A stretch of 44,649 nt of DNA from a virus: positions 1-44,649 of IMG/VR virus record IMGVR_UViG_3300009135_000004; one strand, written 5' to 3'. The translations under genes and the position numbers were made by a program. Below, piece by piece: positions 21,800 to 29,124 of the stretch. How positions within the stretch are numbered: position 1 is the stretch's first letter; each line of letters begins with the position of its first letter. A model generated the notes under the pieces. That model did not search any database. It saw nothing but the letters and a program-made list of their open reading frames with translations, and was not told where the DNA came from.

Positions 21800-21829
21800 T
21801 TGACAGTCTTATTTGAGGTTGGCTATTTT
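21800..21829 (+). promoter_or_regulatory. Candidate sigma70-type promoter for the major capsid gene
   Basis: TTGACA - 18 nt - TATTTT, about 140 nt upstream of the capsid ATG and immediately after the terminator. Confidence 0.5.
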
Positions 21830-21969
21830 GTAAGTGACCGGCAACCGAAAGGCCCGGTCTGACGCGACCAAGTCGCCGCTGGCCCCGCAGGGCAAGAGCG
21901 TCCCGTCTTACGGATAAACGCCCGAAAACAGAACTAACCGTTTCCCTACCTGTTTTTGGAGTTTATCCA

Positions 21970-22908
21970 ATGGCTTCCTCAGTCCCCACCCATTTTGTCG
22001 ATCAATTCGACAGCAACATTCGGATTCTGGCCCAGCGTGCCGGTTCTACTCTTGAGCCGACCGTTCAGTCCAAGACCCTGAATGGCAATGAATGTACGTT
22101 CGAGCAGATTGGCTCGGTCGATGTCCAAGAGATTACCAGCCGCCACGCTGACACGGTCCTCACTGAAGCGGATCACGTCCGCCGATGGGTTGGTAGCCGT
22201 GACTTCGCGGTTGCTCAGCTCCACGACTGGACCGACGACTACCGCCTGCTCGTCCCTGTTTCCTCCGCTTACGTCCAGATTCAGGCTAAGGCCGTGGGTC
22301 GTAAGAAGGATGACCTGATCGTCGAGGCGTTTACCGCCGACGCGAAGAGCGACCGTACTGGTTCGACCACCGTTTCGTGGGCTCCAGCCGCCTACACCGG
22401 CTCGAACCCCACTGCGGACCAGCTCTATATTGACCACAACTACGATGAACTGGGCCAGCTTTCGAGCACCGGCACTGGCATGTCGTTGCTGAAGCTCCGT
22501 GCAGCTCGACGTATCCTTGAGATGCGTGACGTTGACCGGGATCAGCCTTGGTATCTGACGATGACTCCTAACCAAGAGCAAGACCTCTTGGCGGACCCCA
22601 ACCTGACCACCATTGATCGCATGAACCTGCGAGCCTACCAAGCTGGCGAAATGCCTAGCTTCTACGGCTTCCAGTTCGTGAAGACGACCGCTCTCGTCAA
22701 CGGCAGCCACGGCTTCCGCGAGTGCTACGCCTACACGAAGAACGCGATGGGCATGGCGGTCGGTGCTACCATGCAGTCCGAGATGGAACGTCGTGCTGAC
22801 AAGAACTACCACTTGCAGATTTACACCAAGTTCGCAGCCAACGCCTCGCGTCTGGATGAGACTGAAATTGTTCAGATTCGTTGCGAAGAAACCCCTGCCA
22901 CCAGCTGA
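21970..22908 (+). CDS. Major capsid protein (HK97-fold expected)
   Basis: 312 aa. Lies after the scaffold gene and has its own promoter and terminator. GGAG SD. Composition typical of major capsid proteins. Confidence 0.7.
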   Translation: MASSVPTHFVDQFDSNIRILAQRAGSTLEPTVQSKTLNGNECTFEQIGSVDVQEITSRHADTVLTEADHVRRWVGSRDFAVAQLHDWTDDYRLLVPVSSAYVQIQAKAVGRKKDDLIVEAFTADAKSDRTGSTTVSWAPAAYTGSNPTADQLYIDHNYDELGQLSSTGTGMSLLKLRAARRILEMRDVDRDQPWYLTMTPNQEQDLLADPNLTTIDRMNLRAYQAGEMPSFYGFQFVKTTALVNGSHGFRECYAYTKNAMGMAVGATMQSEMERRADKNYHLQIYTKFAANASRLDETEIVQIRCEETPATS

Positions 22909-22927
22909 TCCTGAAAGGACATAAGCA

Positions 22928-23362
22928 ATGCCTACTATTTACGGAACCAACATGACCAGCATCCTCTCTTCGCCGCCTTCGGACGGTACGAAGCTTGATG
23001 CTGCACAGATCGGCCCCAAGGTCCGGGCCTTTGTTGAAACCATTACTCTTGAGTCCGGGCTCACCGCAGGTTCGCTCCTGTATTGTGCTCGCATTCCCAA
23101 GAACTCTCGGATTTTGAAGGTTGACGTTGCCTCCAGCGTTTCCCTGACGACCGCGACCTTGGCTGTGACTGATGGTACGACCACGTTCGCTCCTGCGAAG
23201 GCGTATGGCACGACTGCTGATGAAGTCGTTTCGTACATCGACGCGACAGAAGTCGGTTCTGAGCTGACCGCTCAGACTGACCTGTATCTGCTGACGGCCA
23301 CCGCCACCCTGCCGACCTCCGGCACGATTACGGTTGTGACCTATTACGCGGACCTGAACTAG
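22928..23362 (+). CDS. Putative minor capsid or head-decoration protein (144 aa)
   Basis: Immediately downstream of the capsid gene within the same terminator-bounded unit. Beta-rich T/A/V composition. Confidence 0.4.
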   Translation: MPTIYGTNMTSILSSPPSDGTKLDAAQIGPKVRAFVETITLESGLTAGSLLYCARIPKNSRILKVDVASSVSLTTATLAVTDGTTTFAPAKAYGTTADEVVSYIDATEVGSELTAQTDLYLLTATATLPTSGTITVVTYYADLN

Positions 23363-23377
23363 GAAGTTCTTCCTCCG

Positions 23378-23415
23378 GCCTCCCTCTCTGTAATGGAGAG
23401 GGCGGCTTTTGATTT
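23378..23415 (+). terminator. Rho-independent terminator after the capsid unit
   Basis: GCCTCCCTCTC-tgtaatg-GAGAGGGCGGC (one mismatch) followed by TTTTGATTT. Confidence 0.65.
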
Positions 23416-23430
23416 GAGCTGGAGTCCAAA

Positions 23431-23853
23431 ATGAACAGCTATGACGCTAATCATGTTTGGTCCCACGGCGTCCCGCTCCGTCACCACGGTCCTGTGAAGG
23501 CTGTTGTGATGGAGGACATCGAAATCTTTGGGGTGAAGATTCCAAAGAACTACGACACCGATGGGGCCAGTGCTCCCCGTCTCGCCTTCTGGGTAATCGC
23601 TCCTTTCACGATTGCCCTGCTTGCCGCACTGGTTCACGACCTGCGGTATGATCCACCGGCAGACGAGGACGGGGTCAAGCGACGGCTGCTGACCCGTAAA
23701 GAGGCTGACCGCGAGTTCCGCGAGAACCTCAAGGCCTCTGGTATGAACTGGGCTCGTCGTCAGGCTGCATATCGGGCCGTGAGGCTCGCTGGCTGGAAGC
23801 CTTGGAATGCTGGTACGAAGCGTGGTATCCTCAACGTAAAGGACTGGGCATGA
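23431..23853 (+). CDS. DUF1353-family protein
   Basis: Family pattern NYDTDGASAPR...AALVHDLRY...LTRKEADREFRENL. Confidence 0.65.
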   Translation: MNSYDANHVWSHGVPLRHHGPVKAVVMEDIEIFGVKIPKNYDTDGASAPRLAFWVIAPFTIALLAALVHDLRYDPPADEDGVKRRLLTRKEADREFRENLKASGMNWARRQAAYRAVRLAGWKPWNAGTKRGILNVKDWA

Positions 23854-24113
23854 AAACATTCTTCCTAATCGCCACCTTGATCCTGTGTCAGGCCTGCACC
23901 TGCAAGACGGTCAACGTCCGCAAGGCCGACGGCACTGAGGTCACGATCACGCTGAACTCTCTCTTCAAGGACGAGAGTGCAGAGAACTTCTCCTATGGCC
24001 GAGACGGGGATACGCTGATGCTTGACATCGGCGCCGTCAATAGCCAGACCGACATCGAAGCAATTATTAAGGCGGCAGATACGCTCAAGCGGTTTGCTCC
24101 GGTTGTCCCCTAA
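23850..24113 (+). CDS. Secreted protein or possible lipoprotein (87 aa)
   Basis: ATGA-coupled start. MKTFFLIATLILCQAC signal-like N-terminus with Cys residues; the lipobox is not canonical. Confidence 0.5.
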   Translation: MKTFFLIATLILCQACTCKTVNVRKADGTEVTITLNSLFKDESAENFSYGRDGDTLMLDIGAVNSQTDIEAIIKAADTLKRFAPVVP

Positions 24114-24128
24114 GAATCAAGGATCATT

Positions 24129-24374
24129 ATGTCAGACAAACAAAAGTTTAGAACCATGGACTGTATTGTGGGCATCGCGTTGACGGCATTGTTGGCTGTA
24201 TCTTCGTGGGCCTTAATCAGCATCGTCACGCTCAATGAGCGGGTTGCTGTGATTGAGTCCACTCGGTTCACTGACGAGGACGCAAAGGAATTGATTCAGC
24301 CGAAGCTTGATTTGATGCTGCTGCATCTGGAGAATATGGCGGACGACATTGATAAACTGGAGAAGGCACAATGA
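24129..24374 (+). CDS. Membrane-anchored coiled-coil protein (81 aa)
   Basis: TM helix IVGIALTALLAVSSWALISIV followed by a charged helical tail. Confidence 0.5.
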   Translation: MSDKQKFRTMDCIVGIALTALLAVSSWALISIVTLNERVAVIESTRFTDEDAKELIQPKLDLMLLHLENMADDIDKLEKAQ

Positions 24375-24769
24375 AAGAGAAGTTACCTCCAACTAAGTTC
24401 CTTGACGGCATCTTCGCAGTTTCGCTCGTGTTGGTGGTGATCTTTCTCTCAACGGCTCACGCTGAGGTTCCACTGACGCACGAGATTCCGGACGATCGAC
24501 TGGCCCAGATTGAGGCGAAGCTCGACCTGCTTCTCACGCGCACTGATCCCTCTGAAGGTGAGCCTGAGCCGGGCGTAAACATTAACACGGCATCCTACGA
24601 TGACCTGCTGACTATCCCCGGTGTTGGCCCGATTACCGCTGGTTCGATCATCGCGGAACGAGGCCAGAATGGAACATTCTCTTCGTGGAACGACTTGACT
24701 ACCAGAGTCTCGGGCGTCGGCCCGGCGACCGTCGCCAACATGCAGGCGGGAGGAGCGGTCCTTGAGTAG
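24371..24769 (+). CDS. ComEA-like helix-hairpin-helix DNA-binding protein with N-terminal signal/anchor
   Basis: VNINTASYDDLLTIPGVGPITAGSIIAERGQNGTFSSWNDLTTRVSGVGPATVANM matches the ComEA tandem HhH signature (INTA...L..(L/I)PG(I/V)G...A..I...R...G.F....DL..V.G(I/V)G). Hydrophobic N-terminal helix ending AHA. Confidence 0.7.
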   Translation: MKEKLPPTKFLDGIFAVSLVLVVIFLSTAHAEVPLTHEIPDDRLAQIEAKLDLLLTRTDPSEGEPEPGVNINTASYDDLLTIPGVGPITAGSIIAERGQNGTFSSWNDLTTRVSGVGPATVANMQAGGAVLE

Positions 24770-25247
24770 TGCCGTAGCACACAATCAGGCCGAGAAAGCG
24801 ACCCATGATCGGATTGCCCTTCGTGATGAAACGGAGCAAATCCTCTCGCTTTCGCGGCATCTCACTCGACCGGAGTTTCGCCGGGTGATGGTGTTGCGTT
24901 ACCGTGAGGGATGGGCGACTGGGAAGATCGCCGAGAGCCTTGGGGCCAGCTACGACCAGACAGACAAGACCATTGCTCGCCTGACTCGCTTGGTGACGAG
25001 CCGCGAGTTCATCCTTTCGTCACTCTGCTTAGAGAAGGTTCCGCTGCGGCTACACCTGACTTGCGAGTGCCTGTACCTCGGTGCAATGACGCTTGATGAA
25101 GTGGCCGAGTCCACGGGCAAGACCCTCCATCAGGTCCGGGCAGAGAAACGAGAAATTGAAGGCCTCGCCATCGGCGTCGTCGGATCGAACACCCCGAGTT
25201 ACCGGGGCCGTCGGAATAGACCAAACCACTCCAACCAAGGAACCTAA
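24762..25247 (+). CDS. Sigma-70 region-4-like HTH regulator (two tandem HTH units)
   Basis: LTRPEFRRVMVLRYREGWATGKIAESLGASYDQTDKTIARL resembles sigma r4/LuxR HTH. A second unit is CECLYLGAMTLDEVAESTGKTLHQVRAEKREIE. TTG start 6 nt after GGGAGGAG. Confidence 0.5.
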   Translation: MSSAVAHNQAEKATHDRIALRDETEQILSLSRHLTRPEFRRVMVLRYREGWATGKIAESLGASYDQTDKTIARLTRLVTSREFILSSLCLEKVPLRLHLTCECLYLGAMTLDEVAESTGKTLHQVRAEKREIEGLAIGVVGSNTPSYRGRRNRPNHSNQGT

Positions 25248-25250
25248 ACC

Positions 25251-25418
25251 ATGAAACCCGATTCCATTCTCTCAGGCCAAGCCCGTATCGACGTTCTCAA
25301 CCGCATCAAGGAAGTCGAAGCCCTCCGCGACCGGACGACGATCCTTGACGACCTCGACGCCTCCGTTGATTCGCTGTCCGCTCAACTGAAAGCCTCCATC
25401 GCCGCTGCAAAGGGATAA
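25251..25418 (+). CDS. Small coiled-coil protein (55 aa; below the ORF-track cutoff)
   Basis: My own translation: MKPDSILSGQARIDVLNRIKEVEALRDRTTILDDLDASVDSLSAQLKASIAAAKG. Fills the gap between neighbouring genes exactly. Confidence 0.45.
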   Translation: MKPDSILSGQARIDVLNRIKEVEALRDRTTILDDLDASVDSLSAQLKASIAAAKG

Positions 25419-25422
25419 GTGA

Positions 25423-26784
25423 ATGGGATTCTGGTCAAACATCAACGCCGCCTTTGCCTACGCCGACACGCTTGGCTTGGTCGTCACGCGATCGGGCCTT
25501 AGCTACGCATGGACGCTCCCTGCGTCAGAGCTATCCATCACCTCATCGAACGTCTACTGGGTCAACCCAACCAGTGGCAACGACACGACCGGCGACGGCA
25601 GCGAAGGCACGCCCTACAAGACGATCAACAAGGCTGTTGCCCAACACAACACCGACGCGGTGAGTGATGCGATCGTTCGCATCTCCGCAGGCACGCACCA
25701 TCTAGCCGCGAAGTGGACGACCGTACCCGACATGCCGCTCCAGCTTGAGGGCGAGACGGCTGCGACCGTTATCAGCCGATTCGTTGAGGCGACCGCAGGT
25801 ACGTGGTCGCTTTCAGGCACCAACTACTACAACGCGACGTTCGCAGGCATGGGCCTCGCCTCTGGGTCGGGTCGGTGCGTGTTTGACACCGTTAATATGG
25901 CGGGCGGGTTAACAGACGCCTTCACGCTGGCGGCAGACAATACCGAGAACGACGCAATCGAGGGCAGCTTCCGACCCGGCTCAAGCTCAATTAACTGCCA
26001 CGCGGTCGGCGGTGGCGAACCGGGGTCAGGCATATTTATTGCCGACGCCGACTACACCATGATCGACATTGCGGCGACCGGAAAAGTGGTTGTCTGCAAC
26101 CTCACGATCTACGGCGCCATCGACCTAATCGGATCGGCTGGCGACCTTCGACTGGTAGACATTGCCCACAGCGGCGGCGGGCAGACAGGAGGTACGCCTA
26201 GTAATGGCATCTACATCGGCCACACTGGATCGCCCAACGCCATCCTCTGCCGTGTTGTTTCAGCGGGCAACATGGGCGATGCCGTCAACTACGAATCAAC
26301 AACGCAGGTCATCGAGCTTGACTGTACGTTCGCCAACAGTGGATACACCACCGCGATTAGCGACAACGGCAGCACGCTCCATGACACGGCATCGTGCATA
26401 AGCGTTAACCCCACCGTGACCAACTGCCTGCGAAACGTCCACGACGTAAACGCAACGCACCGGATGCTCATCAATCCGACGATCAACACCAGCCGAGCCG
26501 CGTCGGTTGCTAAAGAGTCCGTCAACCTGATGGTCGGCAGCACAGGGGGCGACACGACCGAGGCCTGGCTGATTGATGGCGACATTTCAGGCGGCGCGCT
26601 GGATGATCTGGTAGTCAATAGCGCATGCACGCTCAACTATTGGTACGCAGATTATGCCGAGCTAGATAAAATCGTTGACGGCACATCCTCGATGTTGAGC
26701 GAGAACCCTATTCCCCAGTCCGACGGCCTTTTGCAGCGTCTTCGCTACGCAATCTCGGGGATCGGTATCGGGGTTGTTCGCTGA
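25423..26784 (+). CDS. Right-handed beta-helix (pectate-lyase-fold) protein; putative tailspike or depolymerase
   Basis: VYWVNPTSGNDTTGDGSEGTPYKTINKAVAQ...DAIVRISAGTH is the classic N-terminal cap of pectin-lyase-fold proteins, followed by G/N/T-rich repeats. Confidence 0.55.
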   Translation: MGFWSNINAAFAYADTLGLVVTRSGLSYAWTLPASELSITSSNVYWVNPTSGNDTTGDGSEGTPYKTINKAVAQHNTDAVSDAIVRISAGTHHLAAKWTTVPDMPLQLEGETAATVISRFVEATAGTWSLSGTNYYNATFAGMGLASGSGRCVFDTVNMAGGLTDAFTLAADNTENDAIEGSFRPGSSSINCHAVGGGEPGSGIFIADADYTMIDIAATGKVVVCNLTIYGAIDLIGSAGDLRLVDIAHSGGGQTGGTPSNGIYIGHTGSPNAILCRVVSAGNMGDAVNYESTTQVIELDCTFANSGYTTAISDNGSTLHDTASCISVNPTVTNCLRNVHDVNATHRMLINPTINTSRAASVAKESVNLMVGSTGGDTTEAWLIDGDISGGALDDLVVNSACTLNYWYADYAELDKIVDGTSSMLSENPIPQSDGLLQRLRYAISGIGIGVVR

Positions 26785-26841
26785 TTCGATGGATTGTGGG
26801 GCTTGGCCCCGTTAATATGATCTTCAACAAAGGTGGCTAAT

Positions 26842-27168
26842 ATGCCTGTTAATGCAATTATCAATGAAACAATTTCCTCGAACACAACCACAGGGCCGAT
26901 CAAGGTTCGCCGTGGCGGTGCTCATGTCATCGAGTTCGTCCGAACGGCGGGCAGTATTGACCTCGAAGTTCAGATCAGCTTCGACGGCTCTACCTACGTT
27001 ACGCTAACCGATACGTCTGGAACCGATGTTTCCAGCACGCTTGACGGCACGACCGATTACAAGCGGTGGGAGCTGCTGGCTCAGGTGGACAGTTACTATC
27101 AGATTGTCAGCACCAACAACTCCAGCGGCAGCGTCGATGCAAAGATGACTCGTATTATCAGTGAGTGA
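26842..27168 (+). CDS. Hypothetical beta-rich protein (108 aa)
   Basis: ATG 26842 after AAAGGTGG; GTG 26833 is an alternative start. Confidence 0.5.
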   Translation: MPVNAIINETISSNTTTGPIKVRRGGAHVIEFVRTAGSIDLEVQISFDGSTYVTLTDTSGTDVSSTLDGTTDYKRWELLAQVDSYYQIVSTNNSSGSVDAKMTRIISE

Positions 27169-27173
27169 CGTAA

Positions 27174-27497
27174 ATGGCGTACACCTACCGAGCCAAGAGT
27201 ACCGGCTCCAACAGCAGGGGCTCTGTCCAAGAGAAGACGCAGGTCCAGTACAGTGATGCTGGCACTGTCACTGACGTTTCCGATGAGAGCCCGCTGCCCG
27301 TTGAGCTGCCTTCTGACTCGACAATAGGGCTAGAGATCGGCGGGGAAGCTTTGGTTGAGGGGCTGGTCTCGCTGCCCGTGAGCGACCAGCGTGGCAAAGC
27401 CGTATTGGACGACATATTGGTTCAACTCAAGATGATGAACAGATATTTGTCGGTGTTGACAAATGAACAATTTTCTGAGATTGATTTAAGGGAATAG
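27174..27497 (+). CDS. Hypothetical protein (107 aa)
   Basis: Clean ATG ORF, tightly packed. Confidence 0.5.
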   Translation: MAYTYRAKSTGSNSRGSVQEKTQVQYSDAGTVTDVSDESPLPVELPSDSTIGLEIGGEALVEGLVSLPVSDQRGKAVLDDILVQLKMMNRYLSVLTNEQFSEIDLRE

Positions 27498-27499
27498 CC

Positions 27500-28063
27500 A
27501 TGAGTTGGATTGATTACAATAACGATATTACCGGGGCTCACGAAACGGCAAAGGGTTCTGACGGTCGCCTGAACGTATCGGCCCGCTCCGACAGCCGAGA
27601 CTACTACAACAGCCGAGACAAGGGCCAGTGCTATGCCCTGACCTTCGCCCACACTGGGGCGGCGGCTGGCGAGTATTCGGTCTACCTCAAGAACACCAGC
27701 ACCGATAAGACCTTGGTCATTTCGACGCTGGAGGTGAACGCAGTCGAGAACGCCCAGATCAAGCTCTGGGAAGTGACTGGTACTGCGACCGGCCCCGCCG
27801 AGGTCACGCCGAAGAACCTGAACCTCACCTCGTCCAATGACGCGACGGTGCAGGCGATGTATGACGACGGCACGGCAATCTCTGGCCTGTCAACCGAGGG
27901 TACCAACATTGAGCACATCTTTGTCCCGGCAAACGGACACGGTAACGTGGACATGAAGGACCGCCTTCGCCTCGGGCAGAACGATGCGATCGCACTGGAG
28001 TACGACGCGGGGACGACGGGCCTGTTCGTAGGCACGATCTTCTTCTACCTTGAGGCTGAGTAA
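27500..28063 (+). CDS. Hypothetical beta-rich protein (187 aa)
   Basis: Clean ATG ORF, tightly packed. Likely structural by position. Confidence 0.5.
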   Translation: MSWIDYNNDITGAHETAKGSDGRLNVSARSDSRDYYNSRDKGQCYALTFAHTGAAAGEYSVYLKNTSTDKTLVISTLEVNAVENAQIKLWEVTGTATGPAEVTPKNLNLTSSNDATVQAMYDDGTAISGLSTEGTNIEHIFVPANGHGNVDMKDRLRLGQNDAIALEYDAGTTGLFVGTIFFYLEAE

Positions 28064-28494
28064 TGGCGCATACCGAGGTTCGGATCATTGGCCAGAACGG
28101 GCGGACGGCAAGGGTAGACGAGCAGGGCGAGCTAGTCGTCGGCTCCGGGTTCTTTGACGAGACGCAATTCTACGAACTGGACCTCGCCAACACCGCCTAC
28201 AACTTCTTCCCGCCCAAGGTGCGCAAGAAGTTCATTGTCACCGGCATCATTATGAAGGCCGACAAGCAGGTGAGCGCGACGGTGGATGCTGAGGTCGTGA
28301 TCTACACAGCCTCGGCACCTGACGCACTGACGGTTGATAAGGTGGTCATTCAGTCCGCAATGGTTGAGGGCGACCTACTCCCCCTGTTCCCGTTGAATGT
28401 GGAGATTCCACAGGGCAAGTATCTCAATGCGAAGACTACGGACGACGACATTCACATGACCATCATCGGCCACTACGTCCCAATAGTCACTTAA
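28063..28494 (+). CDS. Hypothetical beta-rich protein (143 aa)
   Basis: TAATG-coupled. Likely structural by position. Confidence 0.5.
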   Translation: MAHTEVRIIGQNGRTARVDEQGELVVGSGFFDETQFYELDLANTAYNFFPPKVRKKFIVTGIIMKADKQVSATVDAEVVIYTASAPDALTVDKVVIQSAMVEGDLLPLFPLNVEIPQGKYLNAKTTDDDIHMTIIGHYVPIVT

Positions 28495-28505
28495 CGGAGT
28501 AACCT

Positions 28506-29117
28506 ATGGCCCTCGACACTGAAGTAGAAATCTGCAACGCCGCCCTCCTGCGTGCGGGTATCACTCGCCGTATCGAGAACCTCAGCGACTCCACGCCCGA
28601 GGCTGATGCCTGCGAAGCGGAGTATTACGCTGTCCGGGATATGCTCCTTGAAGAGCACAGCTGGCAATGGGCGGTCAAGTACAGCACACTCGCTGCTGAC
28701 GCGACAGCTCCGACTTGGTACTGGAATGTTCAGTACACCTTGCCCAACGACTTTATCACGCTGTTAAACCTCGAAGCCGAAGAGATCGCCTACGAGATCA
28801 CAGACGACGGCATGTTGATGACCAACGAGACTGCTCCGCTGAAGATTCGGTACATCTCCCGCGAGGAGGATGTCACTCGTTTCCCTCAGCTATTCAAGCA
28901 GGCGTTGATAGCAAAGCTGGCCGCTCACCTTGCGATGGCTCTGGCAAAGGACTTGAAGCGGGTTGATTACTTGGAGCAGCGATACGACCGCCTGATTGCC
29001 GACGCTCGGTTCTCGGATTCAGGCCGACGTTCTTACCAGCCGCTTGACGCGACAGCCTTCCTCGACGCACGTCAGGTTGGGCCGGAGGCGGTTGACACTG
29101 AAGGCGACTTGAACTGA
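28506..29117 (+). CDS. Tail tubular protein A / adaptor (T7 gp11-like)
   Basis: N-terminus EICNAALLRAGI..I.NL.D....A..CE..Y...R..LL..H.W.WA matches the gp11-like adaptor layout. Immediately precedes the gp12-like gene. Confidence 0.6.
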   Translation: MALDTEVEICNAALLRAGITRRIENLSDSTPEADACEAEYYAVRDMLLEEHSWQWAVKYSTLAADATAPTWYWNVQYTLPNDFITLLNLEAEEIAYEITDDGMLMTNETAPLKIRYISREEDVTRFPQLFKQALIAKLAAHLAMALAKDLKRVDYLEQRYDRLIADARFSDSGRRSYQPLDATAFLDARQVGPEAVDTEGDLN

Positions 29118-29124
29118 GGGTTCC

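Noticed and set aside
21979-22812. 277-aa minus-strand ORF inside the major capsid gene
   Set aside because: It is a shadow ORF antisense to a gene bounded by its own promoter, SD and terminators. Its composition is biased towards R, V, G and L.
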